From a virus (lineage: Duplodnaviria; Caudoviricetes), in IMG/VR virus record IMGVR_UViG_3300011443_000004, positions 1-51,364 of that record: a DNA stretch of 51,364 nt. One strand, 5' to 3'. Each line of letters begins with the position of its first letter. Positions within the stretch are counted from its first letter, which is position 1. This document shows positions 48,287 to 51,364 of the stretch, in pieces. The notes under the pieces are model-generated. The model was not told where the DNA came from. It ran no database searches and was given only the letters and a program-made list of their open reading frames with translations. Position numbers and translations under genes: made by a program.

Positions 48287-48382
48287 TTACCTACTCTACT
48301 AGTAGGGGGGTATTTCGGTTACTGTAAAGTGTTGATTCTAAACACAATCAATTAACCGCGTGGAAAACTCGGTTAGTTTCCG
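48287..48382 (-). repeat. ~95 bp element, copy B
   Basis: Reverse complement aligns to 38065-38160. Confidence 0.85.
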
Positions 48383-48886
48383 CGCCCGGGTTTGGCCGAT
48401 GTCTTGGCCGATGTTCTGAAGCGAATAGAGGGCAGTTTTCGCTTCAATCGGCGCAGCAGGGCGAGCCCCACCGTCCATTTGAGCAGGACGTAGAGGCTGG
48501 CCCAGGCCATAAACCAGTAGTCGGGCGGGTTCACAGGCCCATCATCCGCTTGTTCAGGGCCTTGAGGGTCGGGACGCCGGCACTGAAGAGGGTGCGGGTC
48601 AGGGCACCGTTCGGACAGAGCCACCAGCGGTAGCCGACCAGCAGGTGGGTGCAGATGAAGCATTCGCCGCAGTGGGAGCAGCGATAGGGGTAGCAGCCTG
48701 CCTCGGTCACTTCGTGGAGGGTGCAGACTTTGACTCCCTGGAGCCGCGTGATGAATCGGAACAGACTGAGCATGAATGAATCTCCACAAGGGTTGCGAGG
48801 TCAGTGTCGGCAGCGCCGGCCGGCTTGCAGTCGCTGATAGTTCGACCGCAGCCGGGGCAGTAGAAGCAGAGCCATCTTGGGTTCAT
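48373..48886 (-). other. Three small leftward ORFs (two Cys-rich, one membrane)
   Basis: 48707-48886, 48531-48773, about 48373-48534. Confidence 0.45.
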
Positions 48887-48897
48887 GTAAGTATACT

Positions 48898-48913
48898 TGC
48901 ATAATCCGTGCCA
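48898..48913 (-). promoter_or_regulatory. sigma54-type site overlapping a sigma70-like terS promoter on the opposite strand
   Basis: Minus strand TGGCACGGATTATGCA; plus strand TTGCAT-N17-CAGAAT (48897-48925) with TG extension. Confidence 0.7.
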
Positions 48914-48942
48914 ACCTGCCAGAATACTAACGGGGGTAGGGA

Positions 48943-49716
48943 GTGGCATCTAAGACTGCAGGCGGAAGCCGCAAATCTCATAAGTCGCGCAAAACACAGG
49001 TGGTAGAGCCGGTCAATCCGGAGTCCTCTCCGCTCGTGGGCAGTGGCCCCTCCTTCACTGGCCTGGCGACACAAGGTGCTACACCTACCCCTCCCTCCAA
49101 TCCGCTCGCCGCGCTCTTGAAAAAGGGTGACGGCGAAGGCAAGGCAGATACCGGCATCCCGGCCGAAGACCCCACCAAGCAATGGTGGAGACGAGCGCCA
49201 GACTCGAAGACTCGGAAGGTAGCCGAGAAGATATTCGTGCTACGCGCTGCCGGCCACGACTTCGCGGAGATTGCGAAGAAGCTGAAGTCTACGGAAGCGA
49301 CGATGCGCCAAGCGGTGTTCGTGGCGCGCAAGAACGGCTGGGTCGATGACCAGGACGAGCCGGTAGACACAGAATTCGAGATGGCGATGACGGTGGACCG
49401 TAAGGTAGTCCGCAACATCAACGCCGCTCTTGACGGCCAGATGACCAACTGGCAAACACATGAAATGACCATCGCTGCGGCGAAAGGCAGGGGGCACTTC
49501 AAGTCGCACGAGGTAAGCAAGAATGAAGGAGCCACTGGCCTCCAAGTCGTCGCTATTCAGGTGGTCATGCCCTCCCTCGGAGCCGGCGACCAGATGCCCA
49601 ACGTGCAGGAGGACCAGATGGGGGGCGAGCCTCTCTACCTCGAAGGAGACGTGGAGACAGATAATCCTGGGCCAAGTGCGACTGTTTCAGTTACTCGTGG
49701 TGCAGGTGCTTCTTAG
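48943..49716 (+). CDS. terS: Putative terminase small subunit (HTH)
   Basis: LRAAGHDFAEIAKKL HTH; upstream of terL. Confidence 0.6.
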   Translation: MASKTAGGSRKSHKSRKTQVVEPVNPESSPLVGSGPSFTGLATQGATPTPPSNPLAALLKKGDGEGKADTGIPAEDPTKQWWRRAPDSKTRKVAEKIFVLRAAGHDFAEIAKKLKSTEATMRQAVFVARKNGWVDDQDEPVDTEFEMAMTVDRKVVRNINAALDGQMTNWQTHEMTIAAAKGRGHFKSHEVSKNEGATGLQVVAIQVVMPSLGAGDQMPNVQEDQMGGEPLYLEGDVETDNPGPSATVSVTRGAGAS

Positions 49717-49829
49717 CGCCCTGCTATTCTGTTTTCCCATCTTCGTCGTCATGGTATCTATCCGCGTGCTCGAAGGGCTCGCCTACATCATCTGGTGGGG
49801 GCAGTCGCTGTGGACGCCGGGGGTGTGAC

Positions 49830-49979
49830 ATGGATAGCGAAGCGAACCCGGAGCACATCGACTTTCGCGTAGAGGGCCTGTGGAAGGACATACCGCCACC
49901 GCAACCCATCTACCCGTGGGAGCTTTCGTTCAACGACAAGAAGTTTCTGCGCTCGCTCAAGATTAACCCAGAGGGATAA
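49830..49979 (+). CDS. Small hypothetical protein (49 aa)
   Basis: Hand-translated MDSEANPEHIDF...LRSLKINPEG; abuts terL. Confidence 0.5.
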   Translation: MDSEANPEHIDFRVEGLWKDIPPPQPIYPWELSFNDKKFLRSLKINPEG

Positions 49980-49981
49980 CC

Positions 49982-51364
49982 GTGGCGTCACAAGTTCGTC
50001 TCCCGCCTGGATGCGGCCGGCTACTCGAAGAACCGCTGCTCTACAACGAGTATCAGCAGCGTTTCATTCGTGCGCGCCGGATGCGCTTCTGCTTGAACTG
50101 CAAGACCACAGGCAGCATGGACGAGATGGGGCGGTTCGTGTGCGCGAAATGCGCGAAGGACCACAGCGGTCGCTGGGGCAACCTGACTGCGCCACGCATG
50201 TTCGACAACTTCCTGCTGCTCGCCGGTCGCGGTGGCGGCAAGACGCTCGTCGGTGCTCATGCGGTGCGCGAAGAGTTGATGATACCCGGAGCGCTCTGGT
50301 GGGTCATGGGCGCGAACTACAAGCTGCTGTGGGACTCGACGTTCCCCACCTTGGTTGGGCTCATCGCGCCGCAATGGGTCGCCCGCTGGGATGCGGAGCA
50401 CGCCGAGATAACGCTCAAGAACGGCTCGAAGGTCGCGTTTCGTTCGCTCGAAGACCCAGACCGTGCCAGAGGCCCACACGGAGTCAACGGCCTGTGGGTC
50501 GATGAGGCCGCGCAGGCACCGGAGCGCGCGTGGCACGTCGGCACGCCAATGCTTATCAAGGCAGGCGGCATCGCTATCGCTACGACTACGGTCCTCGGCT
50601 ACGACTGGACCTACGAGCTACTGGAGAGACGCGCCCTCGTCTACCGCGAGCGCGGCTACTGGGCCGCGAAGTGGAAGACCATCGAGAACCCGCTGTTCGC
50701 GTCCAATCCCGTCATGAAGGCGAAGATTGAGCGGGACCGCAAGATGATGAACCCCGCGCTGTTTGCGCAGGAGTATGAGTCGGAGCGGAGCAACGCGGAG
50801 GGCCTCATCTACGGCGACATGGTGAGCAAGAACTTTCTGGCGACTGACGCGGAGGTTCGCAAGTATATTCCGGAGTGGCCGAACATCAGCCCGACGCGGA
50901 AGGTGCTCATTGGCGTTGACGAAGGCGCAGACCACCCATTCGGTGCCGTCCTCATCGTCGTCACCGACAAGGGACTCGTGGTTGTGCGCGACTACCTGAA
51001 GCGCATGAAGGCCAATAGCGCTGCCCACGATGACGTGTGGCGCGAAATGGGGCTGAGTAACTTTCAGGAGCGCACGTTCGCCGGCAACAAGAACGCGCTG
51101 CAGCTTCGGCTGGAGTGGGGGCTCAAGGGCACGGGCGTTATACAGGCAGAGTCGAAGCAAGAGGTAGGCATTCAGCGGGTGCAGTCGTGGTTCCTGACCG
51201 GGCAACTGAAGATTGCCTACACCGCAATGCGCACCAAGGAGCAGTGTCTGGCATACCGCTATGCCGACAACACGAAGCCCTCGACTGGCGAGAAGAAGGA
51301 AAAGGAAGCCGTCTTCAAGCTGAAGGACGAGCTACCTGACGCGCTCCGCTACGCCCTCATGGCG
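49982..51364 (+). CDS. terL: Terminase large subunit, N-terminal part (continues at 1-345; about 534 aa in total)
   Basis: Hand-translated from GTG 49982 (missing from the ORF track because it runs off the end). Walker A LAGRGGGKT, Walker B LWVDEAAQ, motif III-like ATTT, nuclease IGVDEG, and QEYES. Confidence 0.95.
   Translation, partial: MASQVRLPPGCGRLLEEPLLYNEYQQRFIRARRMRFCLNCKTTGSMDEMGRFVCAKCAKDHSGRWGNLTAPRMFDNFLLLAGRGGGKTLVGAHAVREELMIPGALWWVMGANYKLLWDSTFPTLVGLIAPQWVARWDAEHAEITLKNGSKVAFRSLEDPDRARGPHGVNGLWVDEAAQAPERAWHVGTPMLIKAGGIAIATTTVLGYDWTYELLERRALVYRERGYWAAKWKTIENPLFASNPVMKAKIERDRKMMNPALFAQEYESERSNAEGLIYGDMVSKNFLATDAEVRKYIPEWPNISPTRKVLIGVDEGADHPFGAVLIVVTDKGLVVVRDYLKRMKANSAAHDDVWREMGLSNFQERTFAGNKNALQLRLEWGLKGTGVIQAESKQEVGIQRVQSWFLTGQLKIAYTAMRTKEQCLAYRYADNTKPSTGEKKEKEAVFKLKDELPDALRYALMA
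51242..51364. repeat. Terminal direct repeat, right copy
   Basis: Identical to 1-123. Confidence 0.97.

Noticed and set aside
1-51364. CRISPR array, DGR/retron, integrase, intron/intein, recoded stop codons, Z-genome
   Set aside because: I saw no spaced repeats, reverse transcriptase, recombinase, splicing motifs or PurZ; genes are intact under the standard code.

Overview
The window is an apparently complete, circularly permuted dsDNA tailed phage genome of about 51.2 kb. Positions 1-123 are repeated exactly at 51242-51364, and the terminase gene runs across that join. The + strand carries packaging, head, podovirus-like tail/ejection, lysis and nucleotide-metabolism genes. The - strand carries a family A DNA polymerase, nucleases, ATPases, a helicase and many small early genes. 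I found no integrase, RNA polymerase, sigma factor, primase or tRNA. Host-like envelope genes (DUF4159, a lipoprotein) suggest an Acidobacteriota/Vicinamibacteria-type host (inference). The most notable unexplained structure is non-coding: (1) about ten sigma54-type TGGCA-N8-GC promoter motifs, some lying antisense inside sigma70-like late promoters; (2) a ~95 bp IHF-containing element present twice in inverted orientation 10 kb apart; (3) a ~640 nt highly structured candidate RNA. All family assignments come from motif recognition by eye, not database searches.
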